Of a DNA stretch of 64,000 nt, positions 38,334-52,631 are shown piece by piece. Positions within the stretch are counted from its first letter, which is position 1, and each line of letters starts with the position of its first letter. The position numbers and the translations under genes were made by a program. Where the stretch lies: contig CAZJPW010000001.1 of the NCBI GenBank assembly GCA_964548405.1, positions 4,054 through 68,053 on the forward strand. The letters are read 5' to 3'. The notes beneath the pieces are model-generated. The model had not been told where the DNA came from and searched no databases. It was given only the letters and a program-made list of their open reading frames with translations. This stretch comes from an uncultured Candidatus Saccharibacteria bacterium (GTDB lineage Bacteria; Patescibacteriota; Minisyncoccia; Portnoybacterales; UBA2143).

Positions 38334-38617
38334 TATCAAAAAAAGAAGTTGAATATGTGGCTAAGTTAGCCCGTTTAGGATTAACCGAGAAAGAGAAGGT
38401 AAAATTTACCAAAGATCTCTCGGCTATTTTGGATTTTGTTAAAAAATTAGACGAGGTTAAAACAGACAAGGTTGAACCAACTGCCCAGGTAACCGGTTTG
38501 GAGAATGTAACTAGAAAAGATAAAGGAAGGAAAAAGACTAAGAAAGAAACAGATAGGCTATTAGATCTAGCTCCGGATGTCGAAGACAGGCATCTTAAAG
38601 TAAAGGCGGTTTTGTAA
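38330..38617 (+). CDS. gatC: Glu/Asp-tRNA amidotransferase subunit C
   Basis: GatC-like length and N-terminal motif. Confidence 0.8.
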   Translation: MISKKEVEYVAKLARLGLTEKEKVKFTKDLSAILDFVKKLDEVKTDKVEPTAQVTGLENVTRKDKGRKKTKKETDRLLDLAPDVEDRHLKVKAVL

Positions 38618-38620
38618 TAT

Positions 38621-40039
38621 ATGAAATTGAATCAATTAGACATTAAAAAAGCCCATCAGGGTTTAAAAAACAAGGAGTTTTCTTCAGTTGAATTAACTGA
38701 AGTTGTTTTAGACAGGATTAAGAACCGCAATCAGGAAATTAATTCCTTTTTAACTGTTATTGAAGAATCAGCTTTAAGTCAGGCTAAGAGGGTTGATAAT
38801 AGGATAGCTAATAGAGAAGAAATTGGTCTTTTAGAAGGTATTCCTGTAGCAGTTAAAGATGCTATTCTAATTGAAGGGGTTAGATGTACAGCTGGCTCCA
38901 AAATCCTTGAAAACTACATTGCTCCTTATGACGCTACAGCTATTAAAAAATTAAGAAAAGCGGGGGCTGTTTTTGTCGGTAAAACTAATCTAGATGAATT
39001 TACGATGGGTGGTTCTGGGGAAAACTCTGCTTTTGGTCCGACTAAGAATCCCTATAATTTAGAAAGGGTGCCGGGTGGCAGTTCCAGTGGCTCAGCAGCT
39101 GCCGTATCTGACGATCAGTGTATTTATGCTTTAGGTTCAGATACAGGCGGCTCTATTCGCCAGCCAGCCTCTATGTGTGGGATTGTTGGTTTAAAAACAA
39201 CTTATGGAAGAGTTTCTCGTTATGGGTTAATGGCTCATGCTTCATCCTTGGATCAAATTGGTCCAATAACTAAAACATCTGAAGATGCTAGGATAGTTTT
39301 TAATCTGATTAAAGGCAAAGATGAAAAAGATGCCACTAGTATGGATTCAAAAAATGGAGAGTCTCAGATGAATATCAAGGATTTAAAGATTGGGGTGCCT
39401 AAGGAATATTTTGTTGAAGGGATTGATCCTCAAGTGGAAAAAATAGTCAGAAAGGCTATTGATAAATATGAGGAAATGGGCGCCAAGGTTACAGAAGTTA
39501 GTTTACCTCATACGGAATATGCCGTACCATGTTACTATATCATTGTGCCAGCTGAGATTTCAGCTAATCTAGCCCGTTACGACGGAATCAAGTATGGCTT
39601 ATCTGAAAAAGGCCAGGACCTTTTACAAGGATATTTAAAAACTAAGCAAAAAGGATTTGGCGACGAAGTGACTAGAAGAATTATGACTGGGACATATGTT
39701 TTATCAGCTGGCTACTACGATGCATATTATCTTAAAGCTCAGAAAGTCAGAACTTTGATTAAGCGGGATTTTGATAAAGCCTTTGAAAAAGTTGATGTTT
39801 TAATGACACCGACTTCTCCTGTACCTGCTTTTAAAATAGGGGAGAAAGCAGATGATCCGGTTTCAATGTATTTAGCTGATGTTTATACGGTTTCTGCTAA
39901 TTTAGCTGGTATTTGCGGTGTTTCTATTCCGGTGGGTAAAATGGGCAAGCTGCCAGTTGGTCTTCAAATCTTAGGTAATCAATTTGATGATCATAAAATA
40001 CTTCAAGTAGCTAAAATATATGAGGACAGCAATAATTGA
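38621..40039 (+). CDS. gatA: Glu/Asp-tRNA amidotransferase subunit A (amidase signature)
   Basis: Amidase signature GGSSSGSAAAV and overall GatA-like sequence. Confidence 0.9.
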   Translation: MKLNQLDIKKAHQGLKNKEFSSVELTEVVLDRIKNRNQEINSFLTVIEESALSQAKRVDNRIANREEIGLLEGIPVAVKDAILIEGVRCTAGSKILENYIAPYDATAIKKLRKAGAVFVGKTNLDEFTMGGSGENSAFGPTKNPYNLERVPGGSSSGSAAAVSDDQCIYALGSDTGGSIRQPASMCGIVGLKTTYGRVSRYGLMAHASSLDQIGPITKTSEDARIVFNLIKGKDEKDATSMDSKNGESQMNIKDLKIGVPKEYFVEGIDPQVEKIVRKAIDKYEEMGAKVTEVSLPHTEYAVPCYYIIVPAEISANLARYDGIKYGLSEKGQDLLQGYLKTKQKGFGDEVTRRIMTGTYVLSAGYYDAYYLKAQKVRTLIKRDFDKAFEKVDVLMTPTSPVPAFKIGEKADDPVSMYLADVYTVSANLAGICGVSIPVGKMGKLPVGLQILGNQFDDHKILQVAKIYEDSNN

Positions 40040-40553
40040 ATTTTTTGAAAATCTTTCGCAAGGTTTCGCAGCCACTGACTGGGCAAGTGTTTTTTTGCCT
40101 GTTAAAATCATTTCAGCTAGTCTTTCAGTTGGTTTTATTGTAATTATTATCTATCTAATCTTTTTAATTAGAGAAGATATTGAAAAGTTTTTAGCCACTT
40201 TATTAGACAAGACTGATCTTCCAGAAGGACCTCAGAGAATTTCTCTTGAAGGCTGGCAATCAGTCTTGGATAAACTAAATAGCGGGGACGAAGCTAACTT
40301 TAAATTGGCCGTCATTGAAGCAGATAAGCTTTTTGATGATTTACTTAAGAGAAGCGGTTATCAAGGCGATGATATGGGTGAACGGCTCAGACAGATTACC
40401 CCAGAGCAATTGTCTAACATTGACGAAGTTTGGCAGGCTCATAAGATGAGGAATCGCTTAGTTCATGAGCCCGATTTCCAGTTAAGAGAACATGAGGCTA
40501 AAAGAATCATTGAGATTTACCAAAAAGCCTTCCAGAATTTAGAAGCGCTTTAA
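40020..40553 (+). CDS. Hypothetical membrane-anchored protein with a C-terminal R-x4-H (HEPN-like) motif
   Basis: N-terminal TM; the C-terminal segment reads AHKMRNRLVHEP. Confidence 0.35.
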   Translation: MRTAIIEFFENLSQGFAATDWASVFLPVKIISASLSVGFIVIIIYLIFLIREDIEKFLATLLDKTDLPEGPQRISLEGWQSVLDKLNSGDEANFKLAVIEADKLFDDLLKRSGYQGDDMGERLRQITPEQLSNIDEVWQAHKMRNRLVHEPDFQLREHEAKRIIEIYQKAFQNLEAL

Positions 40554-40596
40554 TATTTTTTAAAAATAAAAAGCCATGACTAGGGCTTTATAGAGG

Positions 40597-40620
40597 ACAG
40601 CCTGACCGGAGTCAGGCTGT
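40597..40620. terminator. Bidirectional terminator hairpin between convergent genes (ACAGCCTGAC-cgga-GTCAGGCTGT)
   Basis: Perfect 10-bp stem flanked by T-rich and A-rich sequence. Confidence 0.65.
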
Positions 40621-40626
40621 TTCCGT

Positions 40627-41055
40627 TTAATCTGCTTTTGCTTTTGCTTTTAGGAAGCTTACCAGTTTTGTTTTGTCGTGGGACAAGACGAATATTCCGG
40701 CGACTTCCAGGGTAACCCGGGTCATTTGAGGCAAGACGTTTACTTTGTCTGCGTGAAAGTGTCCCTTTGATAAGAAATTTATCAAATAGAGGACCGCAGT
40801 GGTGATAAACCAGACACAGACGAAGAATTGATCCGGTCTTTTTGTTTGACTGGAGTTCAATAGCGCCTTCCGGTGTACTGTGTATGTGGACAGTGCCCCG
40901 ATATATAGTGCCTCGATGCCGGTAAGTGGATACCCTCCTTTAGTGAAAAATCTTATCATCATCATTCCTAGTGTAGCGAATGTAATGAATAGACAGATGG
41001 AACGGAGAGATTTATCCATCATATCTCCATTGGTTCTCTTTTCTTTCGTATCCAT
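40627..41055 (-). CDS. Hypothetical integral membrane protein
   Basis: About 4 TM segments. Confidence 0.45.
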   Translation of the reverse strand: MDTKEKRTNGDMMDKSLRSICLFITFATLGMMMIRFFTKGGYPLTGIEALYIGALSTYTVHRKALLNSSQTKRPDQFFVCVWFITTAVLYLINFLSKGHFHADKVNVLPQMTRVTLEVAGIFVLSHDKTKLVSFLKAKAKAD

Positions 41056-41144
41056 CGTACTATCCTCCTTTTCGAGAGTTAAGAGCTAGTGGTATAATAA
41101 CATAAACTGTTGTTTTGTCAATATTTTAGGGAATATACAAGAAT

Positions 41145-41170
41145 AAAAATAGCCCGGATGGGCTATTTAA
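41145..41170 (-). terminator. Terminator of the minus-strand tRNA operon (AGCCC-ggat-GGGCT with A/T flanks)
   Basis: Read directly from the sequence, immediately 3' of tRNA-Asp on the minus strand. Confidence 0.55.
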
Positions 41171-41178
41171 AACATGTG

Positions 41179-41251
41179 CGGGGACGACCGGACTCGAACC
41201 GGCAACCTCATGCGTGACAAGCATGTGCTCGGCCAATTGAGCTACGCCCCC
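41179..41251 (-). tRNA. tRNA-Asp (anticodon GTC)
   Basis: The reverse complement folds as acceptor GGGGGCG/CGTCCCC, anticodon stem CATGC/GCATG with loop TTGTCAC, T-loop TTCGAGT. Confidence 0.8.
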
Positions 41252-41272
41252 GTGATATCTATTTAATTGTAG

Positions 41273-41346
41273 TAGCGAGGGTGAGACTCGAACTCACAAC
41301 CTCTGTCGTATGAAAACAGCGCTCTGACCAGTTGAGCTACCTCGCC
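41273..41346 (-). tRNA. tRNA with anticodon CAT (elongator Met or lysidine-Ile2 type)
   Basis: The reverse complement folds as acceptor GGCGAGG/CCTCGCT, anticodon loop TTCATAC, T-arm GTGAG TTCGAGT CTCAC. Confidence 0.75.
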
Positions 41347-41350
41347 ATAA

Positions 41351-42031
41351 TTATTTTACATAATTTCTCATCTTCTCGATCATCCCATCCATTTGATACT
41401 TAAAAGTCGAGCTTTTTAATAATCTTACTGATATCGTCCCGTAATGGTTATTGAAATTTTTGTAAACTTTTTTGTTCTTTGCTTTTATTAAGACTGTTTT
41501 GCCAAATTGACTTTTTGGTATTCCTGTTGTTTTTGACCAATAATTTTCAACTTTTTTTAATCTTTTTTTGTGGATTTGATTGATTCCTATATGTAACTTA
41601 ATCTGATTTTTTTTGAATCCCCAGATTTCTTCAAACCAGTTAATCATAAATTTAACCATTTGTGGATCAGAGTTTCCTAACCTTACCATATTGTCTTTTT
41701 TGTCTCCTTCACCCCAATAAAGCGCCACTCCCGCAATCAATAAATCTCTTTTGCTTAATTTATTGATCTGTTTAGCTCCTATTTTATTAAGTTCTTCTAC
41801 TTTTTTTAAATATTTTTCTCTTTGTACCCTGGCACCTTTTAAACGTCCTTTATAGCTACCTTTTATTTTTCTTTCATCAAGTTTAGCTATTTGTCTCTTT
41901 GTAAGTTGGATATCTCTGCACCAAATACTAACAGTACTTTTTGATACTTTTAGTTTTTTAGCGATTTCTTTTATGCTTTCACCGTTTCTTCTTAGTTCTT
42001 GGGCTTTAATTTTCTCTTTAAATTTCGCCAT
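41351..42031 (-). CDS. HTH-domain protein with a LAGLIDADG-like motif (possible free-standing homing endonuclease) embedded in the tRNA cluster. The track ORF extends to 42091; the probable start is the ATG at 42031 (MAKFKEK), which has a GAAGG RBS
   Basis: The N-terminal HTH ESIKEIAKKLKVSKSTVSIWCRDI and an internal segment DLLIAGVALYWGEGDK. The gene ends 5 nt before the tRNA-CAT 5' end. Confidence 0.45.
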   Translation of the reverse strand: MAKFKEKIKAQELRRNGESIKEIAKKLKVSKSTVSIWCRDIQLTKRQIAKLDERKIKGSYKGRLKGARVQREKYLKKVEELNKIGAKQINKLSKRDLLIAGVALYWGEGDKKDNMVRLGNSDPQMVKFMINWFEEIWGFKKNQIKLHIGINQIHKKRLKKVENYWSKTTGIPKSQFGKTVLIKAKNKKVYKNFNNHYGTISVRLLKSSTFKYQMDGMIEKMRNYVK

Positions 42032-42114
42032 ATACAAACCTTCTATCATTAGATATACTACTATTATACAGGAGGTTCGGAAATATATCAATTATTCAAT
42101 TGTGGAAAACCTTG

Positions 42115-42185
42115 TTGCGCGGCCGGGAATCGCACCCGGGTCTTGAGGTTATGGGCCTCACGAGATACTGCTTCTCCACCGCGCA
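42115..42185 (-). tRNA. Second CAT-anticodon tRNA (Met or initiator-like; atypical)
   Basis: The reverse complement folds as acceptor TGCGCGG/CCGCGCA, D-stem GAGA/TCTC (A11:U24), anticodon stem TGAGG/CCTCA with loop CCCATAA (C33), T-arm CCGGG TGCGATT CCCGG. The boundaries are plus or minus 1 nt. Confidence 0.55.
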
Positions 42186-42190
42186 GAGCT

Positions 42191-42219
42191 AGTATACCTC
42201 ATAATTTTCCATATTGCAA
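42191..42219 (-). promoter_or_regulatory. Minus-strand promoter of the tRNA-ORF-tRNA-tRNA unit
   Basis: On the minus strand: -35 TTGCAA, a 17-nt spacer, -10 TATACT (plus coordinates 42191-42196). The predicted start site (about 42184) coincides with the tRNA 5' end. Confidence 0.55.
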
Positions 42220-42278
42220 GAGGATAAAAGGGTTGCTTCGAAGGGGTAAGTGTAGTAAAATGGAGATAAGATAAAGAT

Positions 42279-42665
42279 ATGAATTTACCGGTACGTTTAG
42301 CGGGATTAGTTTTTGCTATATTGTTAGCTGGAGGGTGTCTGGCGGCTATTTTACTTTACCTTGATCCCAATTCTTCCAATTTATTAGTCTTTATTCTATT
42401 ATACCTAAGCTTATTAATCAGTTCCGCTGGGATTTTTACCCTAATAGGTTTCTTTATTCGACGTATTTCTCGAAGGAAAAAAGCCCATTTGCCAACTAAA
42501 TTAGCTATTAATAATTTGGAAGTTTCTTTTCGTCAGGGTGTGCTCTTATCATTAATTCTGGTAATTGCTTTGATCTTACAGAGTCAGCGCGTTCTGGCCT
42601 GGTGGTATATATTAATTTTGGTAGCCTTAATCGGTTTAACAGAATGGTGGCTATCAAGAAGATAA
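42279..42665 (+). CDS. Small integral membrane protein (4 TM)
   Basis: Hydrophobic profile. Confidence 0.4.
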   Translation: MNLPVRLAGLVFAILLAGGCLAAILLYLDPNSSNLLVFILLYLSLLISSAGIFTLIGFFIRRISRRKKAHLPTKLAINNLEVSFRQGVLLSLILVIALILQSQRVLAWWYILILVALIGLTEWWLSRR

Positions 42666-42676
42666 TTTAAATATTT

Positions 42677-43644
42677 ATGCCTAATCAAATTAAACAAAAA
42701 GCTATTGAAGAGATAAATCAAGCTAATGATTTGAAAAAGCTTGAAGAGGTTTTTCGTATTTATCTTGGTCGCAAAGGCAAGTTGACTGAAGTTTTGCGTT
42801 CTTTGAAAGATATTTCAGAAAAAGAAAGAAAAGCTAAAGGCAAACTAGCTAATCAAATTAAACAAGAGCTTAGTCAGTTGATTGAGGAAAAAAGGAAGAA
42901 ACTGGCTGGGAGTAAGGTTATTAGTAAAGAATGGATTGATGTGACTGCGCCAGGCATTAAGGTACCTCAAGGTCATCTTCATCCAATTACTCTGGTTCAA
43001 AGAGAAATAGAAGAGATTTTTCAATCAATGGGTTTTTCAGTGCTTGATGGTCCTGAAGTAGAGACCGAATATTATAATTTCGACGCTTTGAATATTCCTA
43101 AAAACCATCCTGCTAGAGATTTATGGGATACTTTTTGGTTAAAGGATTTGGATTTACTTTTAAGGACCCATACTTCGCCTATGCAGGCACGCTATATGGA
43201 AAAGAATAATCCGCCTTTACGGATTGTTGTTCCAGGGCGATGTTTTCGTCACGAAGCCACAGATGCTACTCACGAAGCTCAGTTTTATCAGACAGAAGGA
43301 TTAATGGTTGGTAAAGATATTTCAGTTGCTAATTTCAAGGGCGTAATTGAAGGATTTTTAACTAGGTTTTTTGGCAAAGAAACGGAAATAAGGTTGAGGC
43401 CGAGTTATTATCCTTTTGTTGAGCCGGGTTTTGATATTGATGCAAGATTAAAAGGAGGAAAATGGCTGGAAATGATGGGAGCAGGCATGGTTCATCCTAA
43501 TGTTTTCAAAGAGGCAGGTTACACTAAAAAATGGCAGGGATTTGCCTTTGGAACTGGTATAGAAAGATTAGCCATGATTAAATATCAGATCGACAACATT
43601 AGACTATTTTATAAAAGTGATTTAAGGTTTTTAAAACAATTCTA

Positions 43645-43645
<1 letters not shown>
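42677..43645 (+). CDS. pheS: Phenylalanine--tRNA ligase alpha subunit
   Basis: Class II motifs including FRHEATDATHEAQFYQTEG. Confidence 0.9.
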
Positions 43646-48773
<5,128 letters not shown>

Positions 48774-48774
48774 C

Positions 48775-48835
48775 TTGACAGTAGCATATAATTAGAATAA
48801 GATAGGGTAAATTGCCCTTGGGGGCTTTTTAAAAT
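48775..48835 (+). promoter_or_regulatory. Promoter (TTGACA, 17 nt, TAAGAT) followed by a short GC hairpin plus T5, upstream of secE
   Basis: -35 at 48775-48780, -10 at 48798-48803, then GCCC-ttgg-GGGC-TTTTT at 48814-48830. Confidence 0.4.
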
Positions 48836-48838
48836 ACG

Positions 48839-49039
48839 ATGAAAATATTAAATTTACCAGGAAAATTAATGATCTTTCTTAGGGAAGTCCGCATTGAATT
48901 AAAGCGGGTGACTTGGCCTACGCGTAAAGAAGCAACTAAGCATACTTTAATGGTTATTGGTTTTACTTTAGCTGTAGCAGCCTTTTTAGGCGGCCTAGAC
49001 TTCCTATTTTCATTTTTACTTAATAAGTTTGTAATATAA
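48839..49039 (+). CDS. secE: Preprotein translocase subunit SecE
   Basis: A 66-aa protein with a single C-terminal TM; position before nusG. Confidence 0.8.
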   Translation: MKILNLPGKLMIFLREVRIELKRVTWPTRKEATKHTLMVIGFTLAVAAFLGGLDFLFSFLLNKFVI

Positions 49040-49040
49040 T

Positions 49041-49583
49041 ATGCCTAAGCAAATAAAACAGGGGAGAAATTGGTACGTTCTCCATACATATTCCGGATAT
49101 GAAGAAGCAGTGGCTCGAAACTTGAAGCAAAGAATTGAGTCAATGAATATGGAGGATAAGATTTTTAATGTTTTAGTCCCCACAGAAAAGAAAATTAAAA
49201 TAAAGAAGAGTAAGCGAGTGGTTGAAGAGGAAAAAATCTATCCTGGTTATGTTTTAGTTGAAATGGTTGTTACAGATGATTCTTGGTACGTAGTTAGGAA
49301 TACTCCTCGGGTAACTGGCTTTATTGGCGCTGGGACAGTACCAACCCCGATTGCCCCAGAAGAGATTAAATCTTTGCAAAAAAGAATGGGCGTCGAAGAG
49401 CCTGAGTATAAGATTGATTTAGTAGTTGGTGATCCAGTTAAGATCGTTGATGGACCCTTTAAAGATTTTGACGGTAAGGTTTCAGAAGTTGATGAGAAAA
49501 GGGGTAAGATTAAAGTATTAGTTTCTATGTTTGGTAGGGAAACTCCAGTAGAATTAGATTTTCTCCAGATTAAGAAATTGTAA
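49041..49583 (+). CDS. nusG: Transcription termination/antitermination factor NusG
   Basis: NGN domain (WYVLHTYSGYE) and a KOW motif. Confidence 0.9.
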   Translation: MPKQIKQGRNWYVLHTYSGYEEAVARNLKQRIESMNMEDKIFNVLVPTEKKIKIKKSKRVVEEEKIYPGYVLVEMVVTDDSWYVVRNTPRVTGFIGAGTVPTPIAPEEIKSLQKRMGVEEPEYKIDLVVGDPVKIVDGPFKDFDGKVSEVDEKRGKIKVLVSMFGRETPVELDFLQIKKL

Positions 49584-49586
49584 AAT

Positions 49587-50009
49587 ATGGCTAAACAAGT
49601 TAAAACAATCATTAAATTGCAGATTAAGGCCGGACAAGCTAATCCGTCTCCGCCTGTTGGTCCAGCTTTAGGTCAGCATGGTTTGAATATTCAAGATTTC
49701 TGCACTAAGTTTAATGACAAGACCAAAGAAATGAGTGGAGATATTATTCCTGTGGAAATCACGGTTTACGAAGACCGAACTTTTAATTTTAAGTTAAAGA
49801 CTCCGCCTGCCTCTGATTTATTAAAAAAGGCAGCCAGTATTGAAAAAGGTTCAGGTATTCCGCATAAGAAGAAAATGGGCAAGGTAACTAAAGATCAAAT
49901 TAAACAAATCGCTGAAAAGAAAATGCCTGATCTTAATGCCTATAACATTAAACAGGCCGAAAAGATAATTGAAGGCACTGCTCGAAGTATGGGTGTTGAG
50001 GTTAAGTAA
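49587..50009 (+). CDS. rplK: 50S ribosomal protein L11
   Basis: The L11 signature. Confidence 0.9.
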   Translation: MAKQVKTIIKLQIKAGQANPSPPVGPALGQHGLNIQDFCTKFNDKTKEMSGDIIPVEITVYEDRTFNFKLKTPPASDLLKKAASIEKGSGIPHKKKMGKVTKDQIKQIAEKKMPDLNAYNIKQAEKIIEGTARSMGVEVK

Positions 50010-50033
50010 TAGAGATTGTTTTTTGATAATATA

Positions 50034-50075
50034 AAGACCCGTCCGATTTAGATTATCGAGCGGGTCTTTATTTTT
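50034..50075 (+). terminator. Rho-independent terminator after rplK (AAAGACCCG...CGGGTCTTT plus a T-run)
   Basis: Read directly from the sequence. Confidence 0.65.
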
Positions 50076-50088
50076 ATGCTTTAATCTT

Positions 50089-50640
50089 TTAATTCAGTAG
50101 GCCCTTAAGATGAGCTCTACAGAATGCGGCGATTGTCGCTGTATCTGTAATTTGGTCGTCACTGATGAGAGCCGAGAGATAATTAGTGGAATATTGATGA
50201 ATTTCAAACATGTTTTCATCCAGAGGATCTGTTCTAGGATTAGGGATTTTTTTCACGTTTTTAGCCAAATAAATTCTTCCTTTGGCTTTAACACTAACTC
50301 CAATTTCTTTAATGAAGCCCAAGTCGGTCCATTCGTCTGACTTCAGATGAATTTCTTCTTCTAATTCTCGCTTAGCGGCCTCAAGTGGGGTTTCGTTCAG
50401 ATCGACTACGCCACCAGGAAATTCGATGGTGAATTTTCCGATTGGGTAGCGATGGCTTCCTACCGTCCAGATTTTTCCATCTGAATCAATAGGGATAATC
50501 ATAACAAAGGGGCGTCTCATCTTAATCCATGTATAGAGGCGTTTTTCACCTCCGGGTGACAGTACTGTGTCCTCTATTACTTGGAAGAATGGAAAATCAT
50601 GAATTTTCTTTGTTTCAACTTTCGTCCAAGGCTTTATCAT
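50089..50640 (-). CDS. Nudix hydrolase (ADP-ribose pyrophosphatase-like)
   Basis: Nudix box GGVVDLNETPLEAAKRELEEEIHL. Confidence 0.75.
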   Translation of the reverse strand: MIKPWTKVETKKIHDFPFFQVIEDTVLSPGGEKRLYTWIKMRRPFVMIIPIDSDGKIWTVGSHRYPIGKFTIEFPGGVVDLNETPLEAAKRELEEEIHLKSDEWTDLGFIKEIGVSVKAKGRIYLAKNVKKIPNPRTDPLDENMFEIHQYSTNYLSALISDDQITDTATIAAFCRAHLKGLLN

Positions 50641-50772
50641 TTTGGTCCTCCTTCTGGTTTGGGGTTAAAGAGCTTCAGATAATTAATGAAATACTAACCT
50701 CTATTTACAAATTTGTCAAAAAACTTTACTTTTATAACGTTTTGTTATAGAATAACTAAAATATCTAAAAAT

Positions 50773-51303
50773 ATGAGGAAGATTGCTAATCAAAAGAAGA
50801 TTATTGACTATAAAGAATTAAGTAAAATAGTCGAAGCCTATAGAATTTTAGGGAAAAGAGTTGTCTGTACTATAGGTTCTTGGGATATGTTGCATATTGG
50901 TCATTTACGCTATTTAAATAGAGCTAAGAGTTTAGGTGACGTTTTAATAGTCGGAGTTGATAGCGATAGGGCAATTAGGATTTACAAAAATAGTTCAATA
51001 AGACCGATAATTCCAGAAAATGAAAGGATGGAAATGTTAGGCTATCAGGAGTTTATAGACTATGTTACTTTAGTGGATGATGTTGATGATAAAGGTAATT
51101 GGAAATTAGGACTTGTTAAGAAGGTTAATCCTGATATTTTTGTTGCGGTGGCAGACGAGAGCTATTCAGATCAACAAAAGAAAGATATAGCTAAGCTTTG
51201 CGGTAAATTACATATTTTACCCCGGCAGGCTAGAAAGACTTCAAACACTAATATAGTGGAGGAAGTTTTCAAGAAGAAGATAGAACATCTTTTAAATAAA
51301 TGA
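50773..51303 (+). CDS. Cytidylyl/adenylyltransferase-family protein (HIGH-type nucleotidyltransferase, RfaE domain II/TagD-like). The track ORF starts at 50713
   Basis: GSWDMLHIGHLRYL (HxGH) and LIVGVDSD. Confidence 0.65.
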   Translation: MRKIANQKKIIDYKELSKIVEAYRILGKRVVCTIGSWDMLHIGHLRYLNRAKSLGDVLIVGVDSDRAIRIYKNSSIRPIIPENERMEMLGYQEFIDYVTLVDDVDDKGNWKLGLVKKVNPDIFVAVADESYSDQQKKDIAKLCGKLHILPRQARKTSNTNIVEEVFKKKIEHLLNK

Positions 51304-51743
51304 CGAAAAAGGTAGTCAATTTAAAATATGCTAAAACAAAAGACTATGGCAATGTTTTAAAGACTATAGATGGTATAAATAAGTGTCCCTTTTGTAAAGA
51401 AAATTTTAAATATCATAGGAAACCAGTAATTAGAAAAGAAAAAAGTTGGTTTTTAACAGAAAATACCTGGCCTTATAAGAATTCTCAATATCATTTCATA
51501 ATTATTTCAGAAAAGCACAAAGAAGAATTTAATCAATTAACTCAAACCGATTTTAGGACTGTTTCTAAATTGGTAAACTGGGCCATCAAAAAATATAGAA
51601 TTAAGGGTGGTGGATTAACAATGAGATTTGGCAATTCTAATTATACTGGGGCTACAGTTCATCATATTCATTTTCATCTAATTGTTCCAAAATTTAATAA
51701 GAAAAAGAAAGAGGTAGATCCAGTATATTTTCCCATTGGTTAA
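51300..51743 (+). CDS. HIT-family (histidine triad) nucleotide hydrolase/transferase
   Basis: C-terminal triad VHHIHFHLIV. Confidence 0.7.
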   Translation: MTKKVVNLKYAKTKDYGNVLKTIDGINKCPFCKENFKYHRKPVIRKEKSWFLTENTWPYKNSQYHFIIISEKHKEEFNQLTQTDFRTVSKLVNWAIKKYRIKGGGLTMRFGNSNYTGATVHHIHFHLIVPKFNKKKKEVDPVYFPIG

Positions 51744-52626
51744 AATGAAAAATCTAGATAATAAAAATATTTTAGTCATTGCTGAGTTACCAGTTATTCA
51801 CAAAGGATATCTAGAGGCTTTTTTAAAAATAAAGAAAGATAATCCCAAAACCCATTTCTATATGGGTTTTTTAGGTAATAGAATCATTAAAGAATTAACT
51901 AAGTTGGAATCTGATATTAGGAAAATTTCTTTTGAGGATTCTAAAAAAATATTAGACTGTTATTTACCAATTAAGAAATGTTTTTTGGTAACTAGAGATA
52001 GTTTTTCCAAGATTAATAAAAGTGTAAAATTTAACAAAATTATAGTTTTTCGAGGAGAAAAAAGTGAACAATTCGCTAAGAAAATATTAAAAGAGAATAA
52101 ATATAAAAAGTTGACTAAGTTTTATGATATAAGGTTGAGGTGGGAGGATGATAAAGTGGCTGAATTCAGAAAAAATAAGAGTAAAATTTTAAAACCAGAA
52201 TTGGAAATTCATAAAAAGTTTATCAAAAAAGCTTTTAGAGAGATAGAAAAATCTAAATGTTGGTGGCGTCAAGTAGGAGCAATTTTAGTTAAAAACAAAA
52301 AAGTTATTTTTACCGCTTTTAATGAAATGATGCCAACTGATGACGAGTGCTATAAGATTGGATGTATTAGAGATCATATCAAGCCTGGAGAAAAGTCAGA
52401 AGTGTGTAGTGTTTCTCATGCTGAGGCATCTATTGTAGCTAGAGCGGCTAACCAAGGCATTTCTTTGAAAAGAACTACTCTTTACGTAACTCATTTTCCT
52501 TGTCCGGCTTGCGCTAAGTTAATCGCCTTATCAGGTATAAAAACAGTTGTTTATACCCGGGGTTCATCTGTTTTTGATGGGGCCCGAGTGATGAAAGATA
52601 ACGGTATTAAATTGATAAAAATTTAA
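51736..52626 (+). CDS. dCMP/cytidine deaminase domain protein with an N-terminal domain of unknown function (about 150 aa)
   Basis: C-terminal CDA zinc motifs HAEASI...PCPACAK. The N-terminal half has no recognisable motif. Confidence 0.7.
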   Translation: MVKMKNLDNKNILVIAELPVIHKGYLEAFLKIKKDNPKTHFYMGFLGNRIIKELTKLESDIRKISFEDSKKILDCYLPIKKCFLVTRDSFSKINKSVKFNKIIVFRGEKSEQFAKKILKENKYKKLTKFYDIRLRWEDDKVAEFRKNKSKILKPELEIHKKFIKKAFREIEKSKCWWRQVGAILVKNKKVIFTAFNEMMPTDDECYKIGCIRDHIKPGEKSEVCSVSHAEASIVARAANQGISLKRTTLYVTHFPCPACAKLIALSGIKTVVYTRGSSVFDGARVMKDNGIKLIKI

Positions 52627-52631
52627 ATAAT

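Noticed and set aside
41351-42091. IS-element transposase interpretation of the HTH ORF in the tRNA cluster
   Set aside because: There are no terminal inverted repeats or target-site duplications around it and no DDE-type motif. The HTH plus LAGLIDADG-like homing-endonuclease reading fits better, though it remains uncertain.
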